Shown here in pieces: positions 28,127 to 36,854 of a stretch of 48,273 nucleotides of DNA. Within the stretch, counting starts at the first letter, position 1; each line of letters starts with the position of its first letter. Position numbers and translations under genes: made by a program. Under the pieces are notes generated by a model. That model had not been told where the DNA came from and did no database searches. It saw only the letters and a list, made by a program, of their open reading frames with translations. This stretch comes from Pirellulaceae bacterium. Its GTDB lineage: Bacteria > Planctomycetota > Planctomycetia > Pirellulales > Pirellulaceae. The stretch spans positions 1 to 48,273 of the forward strand of contig JBEBGH010000001.1 of NCBI GenBank assembly GCA_040081565.1, read 5' to 3'.

Positions 28127-30415
28127 ATGTGGCGCAACTTTTTTTTCATAGCGATTTTGTTGGCACTATCTTGTCAACTTGCAGTAGCCCAAGTGCAATT
28201 GAAACAGGCGACCGATGTCGAGACGCAGCCATTGATCATCCAGTGCCAACGCTTGGCGGAGGCTTTGGAGTATCTCGGCGCCCCGCTGAACGAAGCTGCG
28301 AAGGCTAAAATCGCCAACGCGGAAAAACTTGATTCTCCCGAAGCCATTCGCAAATCAATTCAGTCCGCGCTGGATCCGTTGTGTGTTGCCGAAATTGAGA
28401 TCAATCCGGAATCGCGAGTTAAAGTCAACGAAGGTCCGGCAAAGAGGGAACTTGACCAAAATGGATGGCGAGTCTTTCTGGTGAAGGTGCACAACCAGGC
28501 TGGCGTGACCGCGCCTCTGCGGGTTCAAAGTGACCAGGCCGCTCCGATCGCCGGTTCGCCGGCGGATCAAGTGCCCGATCGTTGGCTGGACATTCAAGTC
28601 TTCGACCAACGCCCGCTCGCGGCCAATCTCAGCGGCATTCAGTTGGAATACCGTCCGCTCTTGATGTACAGCCGCGACATCGGAAAGCGAACGGCAGAGA
28701 TCGCTTTCAACGTCGGCCAAGGGACGCAGGATATTGGCTTCCGCAACGATATTTTATTGACGTTTGATTGCTTGGCCGGAATCAAAATCCCTTTAGAAAT
28801 CAAAGATGAAAACGGTAAGCCGACGACGGCCGCGCTGGAGATCACCGATAGCCAAGGACGCGCGTACCCTTCAACGGCCAAGCGTAGCGCTCCCGACTTC
28901 CACTTCCACCCGCAGATCTATCGCCACGACGGCGAATCGATCCACTTACCTCGCGGCGACTACCAAATTCGAATTACCCGCGGCCCGGAATACCTTGAGG
29001 AGACGAAATCATTCAAAGTCGACGACGAGGCCCAGGCGCTCAAGTTCCAGCTGCGCCGCTGGATTGACCCGTCGCTCAAGGGTTGGTGGAGCGGTGATCA
29101 CCACATTCACGCGGCGGGCTGTGCGCATTATGCGGACCCGACCCAAGGTGTTCATGCCCCGGACATGCTGCGGCATTGTCAGGGCGAAGACCTGAAGATC
29201 GGTGCCAATCTGACCTGGGGACCTTGCTTCGACTATCAGAAGCAATTCTTTACCGGCACGATCGACAAGGTTTCGACGTATCCCTATTTGCTGCGTTATG
29301 ACATTGAAGTCTCCGGATTCGGATCGCACGAGTCGGGGCATTTGTGTTTGTTGCGATTGAAAGACCAGATGTATCCGGGGGGCAATTCAACCACACATTG
29401 GCCGAAGCTGGGCTTAAACACGTTGCGTTGGGCCCAAAAGCAAGGAGCCGTTTGTGGACCCGCTCACAGCGGTTGGGGACTCGAGGTCAAAACCGACGCG
29501 CTTCCCAACTTTGTCGTCCCTCCCTACAGCGGCATCGGCGCGAATGAATACATTGTCGATGTCACTCATCTGGTGGACGGCCCGGATGGAACGATTGTCC
29601 CCGCCATGGATTTTATTTCGTTGTGCGACACACCCATGATTTGGGAATTGAACATTTGGTACCACACGCTGAATTGCGGGTTCCGGACGCGCGGCAGTGG
29701 CGAGACGGATTTTCCTTGCATCTACGGCGAACGGGTGGGACTGGGACGTTCGTATGTCAAGATTGCGGGCGAGCTGACCTACGACGCTTGGTGCGAAGGA
29801 ATTTCGCGAGGCAACAACTACGTGTCCGACGGCCGCAGTCACCTGATGGATTTTTGTGTGGCCAACAAACCAGCAGCAGAGAAGGCGACTCAGAAAGTTC
29901 CCGCTGCCGCGCCCGACAGCGAGCATTCGCTGAGCGGGCCGGGTGTACTGAAGTTTTCTTGTGATGTCGCCGCCCTTTTGCCAGAAGTTCCGACGGGAAT
30001 CGCGGAGCGACCTTACGCGCAGCAACCTTACTGGCACATCGAGCGGGCCAGAATCGGCAAGACCCGCGAGGTGCCCGTCGAACTCATCGTCAATGGATTC
30101 CCGGTTGAGCGTCAGCAAATCGTCGCCGATGGCGTGCAGCGCACGTTGACCTTTGAAACCCGGATCGAACGCAGCAGTTGGGTTGCCCTGCGCATCCTCG
30201 GCTCCAGCCACACCAATCCGATCTTTGTGATCGTCGACGAACAACCCATCCGCGCTTCAAAGCGAAGCGCCCAGTGGTGCCTGGATGGCGTCGAGCAATG
30301 CTGGGGTCAGAAGCAACGGTTCTTCCCGCCGGAAGAAATGGAGGACGCTGTCGCGGCCTACGATCACGCTCGGCAGGTCTACCGAAAAATTATCGAAGAA
30401 TCGCCCAAAGACTGA
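28127..30415 (+). CDS. Secreted CehA/McbA-like (PHP-type) metallohydrolase family protein
   Basis: Signal peptide MWRNFFFIAILLALSCQLAVAQ. The WWSGDHHIHAAGCAHY histidine cluster is typical of PHP/CehA-type metal sites, and there is a later GPAHSGWG. Confidence 0.6.
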   Translation: MWRNFFFIAILLALSCQLAVAQVQLKQATDVETQPLIIQCQRLAEALEYLGAPLNEAAKAKIANAEKLDSPEAIRKSIQSALDPLCVAEIEINPESRVKVNEGPAKRELDQNGWRVFLVKVHNQAGVTAPLRVQSDQAAPIAGSPADQVPDRWLDIQVFDQRPLAANLSGIQLEYRPLLMYSRDIGKRTAEIAFNVGQGTQDIGFRNDILLTFDCLAGIKIPLEIKDENGKPTTAALEITDSQGRAYPSTAKRSAPDFHFHPQIYRHDGESIHLPRGDYQIRITRGPEYLEETKSFKVDDEAQALKFQLRRWIDPSLKGWWSGDHHIHAAGCAHYADPTQGVHAPDMLRHCQGEDLKIGANLTWGPCFDYQKQFFTGTIDKVSTYPYLLRYDIEVSGFGSHESGHLCLLRLKDQMYPGGNSTTHWPKLGLNTLRWAQKQGAVCGPAHSGWGLEVKTDALPNFVVPPYSGIGANEYIVDVTHLVDGPDGTIVPAMDFISLCDTPMIWELNIWYHTLNCGFRTRGSGETDFPCIYGERVGLGRSYVKIAGELTYDAWCEGISRGNNYVSDGRSHLMDFCVANKPAAEKATQKVPAAAPDSEHSLSGPGVLKFSCDVAALLPEVPTGIAERPYAQQPYWHIERARIGKTREVPVELIVNGFPVERQQIVADGVQRTLTFETRIERSSWVALRILGSSHTNPIFVIVDEQPIRASKRSAQWCLDGVEQCWGQKQRFFPPEEMEDAVAAYDHARQVYRKIIEESPKD

Positions 30416-30475
30416 TCTGCCTCGACTTGAACTTCTGACGGTTTTGAAAAACTCTCAACTCAATTTGGATTATTG

Positions 30476-33400
30476 ATGCGAAGATTGACATTGCGCTTGA
30501 TGATGTGGCTCGTTGTAGTTCAGTTTGGTACTTGTCTCGCAATTGCGGTTCAGGAGCAGGGACCCGCAGCAACGCGGTCAAGAAACTCAAACTACAAAAC
30601 GATCGAAATCGAAGGCTGGTCCGTCAAGGTCAGCGAACAATTGTTGCAGCAGGAAAAAGAGGCGACCGACCGCGCTCTGGAACTGCTTACGAAACAACTT
30701 CAGGAAATTAACCAGGTCGTTCCCGCTGCGGCCGTTGCTGAATTGCACAAGGTGCCGCTCTGGATTTCTCCCGAATATCCCAACGTGCAGCCGAGGGCCG
30801 AGTACCATCCCGGCGCTGGTTGGCTGCGCGAAAACAACCGCGATCCGGCAATGGAAAAAGCGGTCGAGTTCACCAACGTGCGAATCTTCGAACAGGAAAC
30901 GGCGCGAATGCCTAACTTCGCGCTCCACGAGTTGGCACATGCCTACCACGATCGGGTTCTGCCGGATGGTTTTGGTAACAAGGCAATTAAAGCCGCATAC
31001 AAGCAGGCTAAGGCCGATGGTTTGTACGATGACGTTGAACAGCGTTTTGGCGATGGCCGCTCCGCAAAAGTTCGCGCCTACGCGATGACGAACCCGCAAG
31101 AATATTTCGCCGAGTGCAGTGAAGCGTTCTTCTCAACGAATGATTTCTATCCCTTCACCCGCGATCAACTCGCCAAATACGATCCTCGGATGTGTGAAGT
31201 TTTGAAAGAGGTCTGGGGCCAAACGGATGCCGCAGCTAAATCTGGCAATCAGGAAAAAGCCTACTCGGATTGGGCGCATAACAGCTCGATCTTCATCCTC
31301 ACGACGCCCGAAGGAGCCGATCTGCAGGAGTCAGCAACGCTTGAAAATTTCCCGCTGCTTGTGCGGTTGAACAAGCAAACCTTTGACTTCGCACAAGCAA
31401 AACCCACTGGCGACGATATCCGCTTCTCCACCGCTGACGGTCAACCGCTCGCCTATCAAATCGAAGAATGGAACTCAGCTAGCGGAACCGCTGCGATCTG
31501 GGTTCGCATTCCGAAAATTGTTGGCAACTCGCGGCAGGAAATCAAAGTTCATTGGGGCAATGCCCAGGCTGCGAGCGAATCCAGTGGCGCGGCGGTGTTC
31601 AACGAATCAAACGGCTATGTCGTGGCCATGCACATGGGGGATTCACAAAGCGTCGGCAAAGACGAAGTCGGGACGGTCTTGCCGGTCGATGCCAAAACCG
31701 AGTCCGCTGGCGGCTTAATCGGGTTCGCGCGCCGCTTCGGCGACGGGCGAGGGATTGCCTGCGGCGAAAAACTCGATGCTCTGCCGCGTGGTTCGCAAGC
31801 CCACACGACCCAAGCGTGGATCAAGGCGGCAAAGGCCGGAGGCACCGTCATCGGCTGGGGCAAGGAACAAAGTCGCGGCAAGGTCGTGCTCATTTTTGAC
31901 AGCCCGCCGCATATTCGGTTGGATTGCTATTTCTCCGGTGCCAATGTGGCCAGCGAAAGCCGATTGCCTTTATCCGAATGGGTGCATGTCGTTCACACCT
32001 GCGCACCCGGCGACTCGCGAGTGTACGTAAACGGCCGACTCGATGGAGTCAGCGCTCGCAATGACTCGCCGCTCGATCTCCCCAGCCCTGCCGGGATGTG
32101 GATCGGCGGCTGGTACGGTCATTACAGTTTTCAAGGGGAACTCGACGAAGTCCGCATCTCCAGCGTCCCGCGGTCGGCCGATTGGATCCGCCTCGAGTAT
32201 GAAAATCAAAAGCCGCTACAGACCACAGTCGGCCACATTGTTCAACCCGGAGAAGAATTCTCTGTCTCGGACAAGTCGCTGCAAATCGCCGAAGGCCAAT
32301 CGGCCTCTGTTTCCGCCCGCGCCGATGGTGCTCAAAAAGTCTACTGGGCGATCAAGCGAGGCGACCACGAAACCATTGTCGCCGTCGACCAATTCAGCTT
32401 TGACTTTCACGCCGGCCGCGTCACCGGCGACGCCTCCGCGACTTTGCAATTCAAAGCAATCTTTGCCAAGCCGCCAGGGTCTGACGCCAAATCGCGAAGT
32501 CTTCGAAGTGATTTGGGGTCTGACCCTCTTCCTTCGGCGGCTTCCGAAGTCCGCACTATCGATATCCCAATCACCATTCGCGAATCCATTCCCGAACCCG
32601 TCGTGACGCTCGCGGCACCGACCAAATGGGACGGTCGCACGACCATCGAAGTTGTTCCGCAAATCGCCAACTTGAAACAAATGCAAGCCTCTGGAGCCGA
32701 CAAACTGAAATTCAATTGGACTGTAGCCGGACTTGCGGCGATTCGCGAAGTCCGCCCCGACCGCCTGCTGTTGACTCGCGCACAAAACAGCGGCGAGCTG
32801 ACCGTCACGTTGAAAGTCGACAACGGCGGCGCTGAAACCACGGCCGCAACCTCCATCAGCGTGCGAGAACCCGACACCGAACCTTGGATCGCCCGCACCC
32901 CCGAGCCAGATGAAAAGCCGGTCGACAACCAGTTCTACCCGCGCGACGATCGCAACGAGGGAACGCTCTTCTGCAACGGGACGTTAGCTGCGGCCGCCGA
33001 TTCGGTCGTGTTGAAGATTTTTGCTGATGACAAGCTCTACAAAACCGAAGCGCAATCTCCCGGGGCCGACCAACGTTACGCTTTCGCCGTCAAGCTCAAA
33101 CCGGGCTTGATCAAGTACCGTGTGGAGCTGGTTTCCGTCAGCGCCAAAAAAGAAACGGTTTTGCACACCGCTGCCAACATCGTCTGCGGCGACGCCTATC
33201 TCATCGACGGCCAGTCCAATGCCCTCGCGACCGATTGGGGACCCGATAAATACGAAACCTCCAGCGAGTGGGTTCGTAGCTTCGGCAGCAACAGCGGCGA
33301 CATCAGGCGCGGCTGGGGGAATGCTGTTCGCCGCGAAGGTGGGCATTTTGAAATCGGCTGCTGGGGAATGGATTTGGCGCAGAGCCTTGTCGAGCGCCAC

Positions 33401-34237
33401 AAGATTCCGATCTGCATCATCAACGGCGCGGTTGGCGGTACGCTGATCGAAGCCCACCAACGTAGCTCCGATAACCCCATCGATCCGGCAACGATCTACG
33501 GGCGGATGCTGAACCGCATCCAACAGGCCCGTCTGACGCACGGCATTCGCGGCGTGTTTTGGCATCAAGGCGAAAACAATCAGGGAGCTCAAGGCGCGAC
33601 CGGCAAATACGGCTGGGAAACCTACGAGCAATATTTTGTCGACATGGCCGGCGCCTGGCAGCAGGATTTTCCCAACATCCAGCATTTTTACCTTTTCCAA
33701 ATCTGGCCGAACGCCTGTGCGATGGGTGGCCAGCCGGCCAGCGATCGACTGCGCGATGTGCAGCGCCGCTTGCCACGGCTCTATTCGAACATGACCGCGA
33801 TGGCCACGCTAGGAATCAAGCCCGAAGGAGGTTGCCACTATCCGCCTGCGGGTTACGCCGAGCTGGTGCGACAAGTGCTCCCCGTTGTCGAGCAGTTCAA
33901 CTACGGCGTGGTTCCCGCTCAGCCCGTCACTTCACCGAATCTGCAGCGTGCCTCATTCACCAGCGACCGCCGCGACGAGATCGCGCTGGAGTTCGACCAA
34001 CCGATGTCCTGGGACAACGCCCTCATCACCCAATTCTATCTCGACAGCGCAGCGGGTCTGGTTTCCTCTGGCTCGGTCAGCGGCAACGCCATCACCCTCA
34101 AACTCACCGTCCCCTCGACCGCCAAGACGATTTCTTACCTGGTCGACAAACGATGGGACTCTAAAAATCTCCTCTACAGCCAAAACCAACTCGCGGCATT
34201 GACGTTTTTCGAAGTGCCCGTATTACCCGCAAAATAG
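30476..34237 (+). CDS. Secreted multidomain protein: HExxH metallopeptidase-like domain, DUF2341/LamG-like lectin region and sialate O-acetylesterase-like (SASA) domain
   Basis: Signal MRRLTLRLMMWLVVVQFGTCLAIA. HELAH at 30926-30940 with downstream NPQEYFAECSEAFF (MtfA/anthrax-LF-like pattern). IRFSTADGQPLAYQIEEWN and LDEVRISSVPRSADWIRLEYENQ (DUF2341/LamG-like). GDAYLIDGQSNA (about 33188-33223) and FWHQGENN (SASA-type esterase). Confidence 0.8.
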   Translation: MRRLTLRLMMWLVVVQFGTCLAIAVQEQGPAATRSRNSNYKTIEIEGWSVKVSEQLLQQEKEATDRALELLTKQLQEINQVVPAAAVAELHKVPLWISPEYPNVQPRAEYHPGAGWLRENNRDPAMEKAVEFTNVRIFEQETARMPNFALHELAHAYHDRVLPDGFGNKAIKAAYKQAKADGLYDDVEQRFGDGRSAKVRAYAMTNPQEYFAECSEAFFSTNDFYPFTRDQLAKYDPRMCEVLKEVWGQTDAAAKSGNQEKAYSDWAHNSSIFILTTPEGADLQESATLENFPLLVRLNKQTFDFAQAKPTGDDIRFSTADGQPLAYQIEEWNSASGTAAIWVRIPKIVGNSRQEIKVHWGNAQAASESSGAAVFNESNGYVVAMHMGDSQSVGKDEVGTVLPVDAKTESAGGLIGFARRFGDGRGIACGEKLDALPRGSQAHTTQAWIKAAKAGGTVIGWGKEQSRGKVVLIFDSPPHIRLDCYFSGANVASESRLPLSEWVHVVHTCAPGDSRVYVNGRLDGVSARNDSPLDLPSPAGMWIGGWYGHYSFQGELDEVRISSVPRSADWIRLEYENQKPLQTTVGHIVQPGEEFSVSDKSLQIAEGQSASVSARADGAQKVYWAIKRGDHETIVAVDQFSFDFHAGRVTGDASATLQFKAIFAKPPGSDAKSRSLRSDLGSDPLPSAASEVRTIDIPITIRESIPEPVVTLAAPTKWDGRTTIEVVPQIANLKQMQASGADKLKFNWTVAGLAAIREVRPDRLLLTRAQNSGELTVTLKVDNGGAETTAATSISVREPDTEPWIARTPEPDEKPVDNQFYPRDDRNEGTLFCNGTLAAAADSVVLKIFADDKLYKTEAQSPGADQRYAFAVKLKPGLIKYRVELVSVSAKKETVLHTAANIVCGDAYLIDGQSNALATDWGPDKYETSSEWVRSFGSNSGDIRRGWGNAVRREGGHFEIGCWGMDLAQSLVERHKIPICIINGAVGGTLIEAHQRSSDNPIDPATIYGRMLNRIQQARLTHGIRGVFWHQGENNQGAQGATGKYGWETYEQYFVDMAGAWQQDFPNIQHFYLFQIWPNACAMGGQPASDRLRDVQRRLPRLYSNMTAMATLGIKPEGGCHYPPAGYAELVRQVLPVVEQFNYGVVPAQPVTSPNLQRASFTSDRRDEIALEFDQPMSWDNALITQFYLDSAAGLVSSGSVSGNAITLKLTVPSTAKTISYLVDKRWDSKNLLYSQNQLAALTFFEVPVLPAK

Positions 34238-35046
34238 CAAGGATGATTTTGCCTTTTTGCAAAGTCAAAGCTCAATCTTCGCGGTTCTTCCGAGCCAATC
34301 GCATAGGCGTCCAATTCGCGCATTAGCGGCTTCCAATATTCCCAATCAGCCTCCCGTTCGGCTGCCTGCTCGGTGTCGAGTTCCTGCTGCAGTGCAATTT
34401 GATTTCCACGCAATGCTTCCTCCAGCAGAGGACGCTGCTTGATCATCTCCTGCAATATTTTCGGGAACTCGGCAGCAATCTGAATGAGAGTGTCAGGTGT
34501 TCGCAATTCTCGCAGCCAAAAACGGACTCGTTGATCGGTTGGTTCGTCGCGATTCTGGTCGTAATGGGCATCAACCAATCGACGTATCATTGGCCAGTCT
34601 TTGTCACGCTGAGTCTTTTTGGCTCGCACGAGATCTTCGATTCCGAGCAACTGGTAATTGACGCGATCTGAGTCCTGCAGCGTTGTCCGTTCGTTCCAGA
34701 GACTATCGAAGTCACCACAACCACGCATTTTTGTCATCACATCCAGTCGAATACCGCTGGCTTCCGGGTGATGGCAACGGAAGTGAACCGCATGACCACG
34801 ATCCAGCCAAGCCAAATCCATTGGAGGCAATGCGATGCACTCGGCCCGCAGCTCCTTGATTGCCGCGTTCAGGCGGTTCACGTTTTCCGGATCTGCAACA
34901 AATACGATATCGCAATCCCGACTAAACTCGGCCGCGCCGTAAAACACGCAGGCCTGCCCGCCCATAAGCAGGTGCCGCACCTCGTGGGAGGAAAGCGTCG
35001 AAAGGACTTTGACTATCGGGTTCGGGATCAAGAGAACCTCCCACAT
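34174..35046 (-). CDS. Nucleotidyltransferase (minimal NTase fold) family protein
   Basis: VKVLSTLSSHEVRHLLMGGQACVFYGAAEFSRDCDIVF matches the G-G/S...D-x-D NTase signature. A later LGIEDLVRAKKTQRDKDW motif is common in this family. The start at ATG 35046 is uncertain. The 3' end overlaps the convergent upstream CDS by 64 nt. Confidence 0.6.
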   Translation of the reverse strand: MWEVLLIPNPIVKVLSTLSSHEVRHLLMGGQACVFYGAAEFSRDCDIVFVADPENVNRLNAAIKELRAECIALPPMDLAWLDRGHAVHFRCHHPEASGIRLDVMTKMRGCGDFDSLWNERTTLQDSDRVNYQLLGIEDLVRAKKTQRDKDWPMIRRLVDAHYDQNRDEPTDQRVRFWLRELRTPDTLIQIAAEFPKILQEMIKQRPLLEEALRGNQIALQQELDTEQAAEREADWEYWKPLMRELDAYAIGSEEPRRLSFDFAKRQNHPCYFAGNTGTSKNVNAASWFWL

Positions 35047-35176
35047 GCAGGTAAAACTGCCAGATCTTCTTCGATTCTTCCCAACGTTCCTGCGGAGACA
35101 GCCGATACCACTCAAGCCACGAATTCTCGTGCTCGCGTGCATCGCTTAATCGCTGGATTTTTTGGTCTGGCGTCAT
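34922..35176 (-). CDS. Small ORF overlapping the NTase gene start (possibly the N-terminal part of a frameshifted gene)
   Basis: 84 codons. The first 60 or so aa look protein-like (MTPDQKIQRLSDAREHENSWLEWYRLSPQERWEESKKIWQFYLHVGGSLDPEPD). The tail (AAPAYGRAGLRVLRRGRV) looks like out-of-frame read-through of the NTase gene. Confidence 0.3.
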   Translation of the reverse strand: MTPDQKIQRLSDAREHENSWLEWYRLSPQERWEESKKIWQFYLHVGGSLDPEPDSQSPFDAFLPRGAAPAYGRAGLRVLRRGRV

Positions 35177-35429
35177 GGGTTCAATTCTACGTCCGCTTAC
35201 ATTCTCCTGGAAGTGCGAAAACCACTTTGTCTTACGCGCTGCCCGGACGTTTTTCGAAATGCCGCTGAAATGACCACAATAAATCTTAGGAACTATATTT
35301 GGCTTCAAGCATCGAAGCCATGCCGTCAAATCGGCAGCGTTTAGCTGGCCATTTTTATGTCGGTACCGCTAGAATAACTAATGTCGTTTCTTCCGGTCGC
35401 CAATTCTCTTTGAGATTTCGGATAGAGTC

Positions 35430-36365
35430 ATGAAACCTACAAACCGTCGTCGCGGAGTTTTTATAAGTCTGTTGTTTGTTGGGGCACTTTTGATGATTTG
35501 CCAACCGATGAACGCAAAAGTTCACGGACTCATGGGGGAAGAGACTGTTGGGAACAAGCCGCTTAACGATCGCAACTATACGGCTTGGAAGAACATCATG
35601 CCGGTGGCCAATCACAAGACTCGGGTCTATCACACTTGGGTCAACGGTGACGAGCGGTTCTATTATCAAGGCAACATCGAACAGCTCAATCAACTTTTGG
35701 AGAATTTCAGCCTGCTGGAACAAGATGTCCGAGAGATCATTATTTTGCCTGGGCCCGGTTCGGTTTCCAATTTTGATCGGGATCAGAAGTTCAGTTTCAA
35801 TTGTGAAATGCACCTTGTTGGCGGAATTGCCAAACACCAATCAGGACTAGATAAAGGAAACCTGTTTTGGCCAAGCCATCCCCGGCTCACGATTCGAATT
35901 GACGATCAGATTGACTTGGAAGCATTGAAGATACCGGCGAGCTGCCGACTGGTTTCGCCAAACGAAATGAAACAGCGATACACGGATGGGCTGACCAGCA
36001 GTGATGAGACAATTCGCGGCTGGGGAGCAGGCTATTTGGCCAATCTGAATCCTCATGATCGCGAGGCGTTGAAGTCCATTGCCAGTTTGCTTGACGACAA
36101 AAACGATTGGGTCGCGCTGAATTCAATCACAGTGCTCGGAAGCCTCGGCAACCAAGCGCGGGAATTTCTGCCACGACTGGAAACCATCGCCACCAGCAAG
36201 CTCAAGTCCAACGCAGAAGCTGCCGAAACGGCCATCGCTTCGATCAAGGCCGCCAACGTCAAAGAACAGATCGAGAATGACGAACAACAAAAAGTCCTTT
36301 TTCAATCTCGTCTAGAAGTCATCAATCGATTCATCGATAATAACCAGACCCAAGAACCTCGCTAG
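35430..36365 (+). CDS. Secreted HEAT/ARM-like repeat protein
   Basis: Signal MKPTNRRRGVFISLLFVGALLMICQPMNA. The C-terminal half has HEAT-like units (IRGWGAGYLANLNP..., DDKNDWVALNSITVLGSLG...). Confidence 0.65.
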   Translation: MKPTNRRRGVFISLLFVGALLMICQPMNAKVHGLMGEETVGNKPLNDRNYTAWKNIMPVANHKTRVYHTWVNGDERFYYQGNIEQLNQLLENFSLLEQDVREIIILPGPGSVSNFDRDQKFSFNCEMHLVGGIAKHQSGLDKGNLFWPSHPRLTIRIDDQIDLEALKIPASCRLVSPNEMKQRYTDGLTSSDETIRGWGAGYLANLNPHDREALKSIASLLDDKNDWVALNSITVLGSLGNQAREFLPRLETIATSKLKSNAEAAETAIASIKAANVKEQIENDEQQKVLFQSRLEVINRFIDNNQTQEPR

Positions 36366-36371
36366 ACGCGA
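36252..36371 (+). repeat. Direct repeat copy A (3' end of the HEAT-repeat gene plus its stop)
   Basis: By hand alignment 107 of 120 nt are identical to 38893-39012, with only 3 mismatches in the first 82 nt. Confidence 0.9.
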
Positions 36372-36854
36372 AGGGGCTAGAATCAATACTGGCGACGGGG
36401 ACGAGTATCGTCGCTTCGTACCCTCGACCATGGTATGAACGGTTTTCGAGGATCAATGTTCGTTTCTGCACGCAAATTTGATTCAACGTTTTTCAGTTTT
36501 CACGCCGAGCTTGCGCGACAAGTCCTCCCCAGGCGAACTCAATATCCACAAGGAAGACTTGGATCCTTGGATCGGAAGCGATAATTGAGCATGCTCGTCG
36601 GCACAGGTTTTACGAGCCGAGAAATTTGGCAGGAAATCGTCAAGAAATCATTTTATTTCGGATTCTGTAAAGCCAAAGTGGCGGATGGCGACCAGATAAT
36701 GGGCTTCCTGGTTAAGGTATAACTTGTTTTCGGAATTGTAATTGGTTTGATTTTATTGCATTGTGCAACGGATTCATTGAGTTTCCGGGCGTTTGCATTT
36801 CAATGGTCGACTCGTTTGGCGTTTTTTGGCTGCTCAGAAAAGAGGGGGTGATCT

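Noticed and set aside
29414-30244. 276-aa ORF on the - strand
   Set aside because: It is antisense within the CehA-like gene. The composition (Arg/Gly/Val-rich) and lack of motifs indicate a shadow ORF. The same reasoning applies to 32984-33700 (-), 4836-5576 (-), 1862-2434 (-), 10125-10850 (-), 34768-35268 (+), 35355-35840 (-) and 43275-43778 (-).
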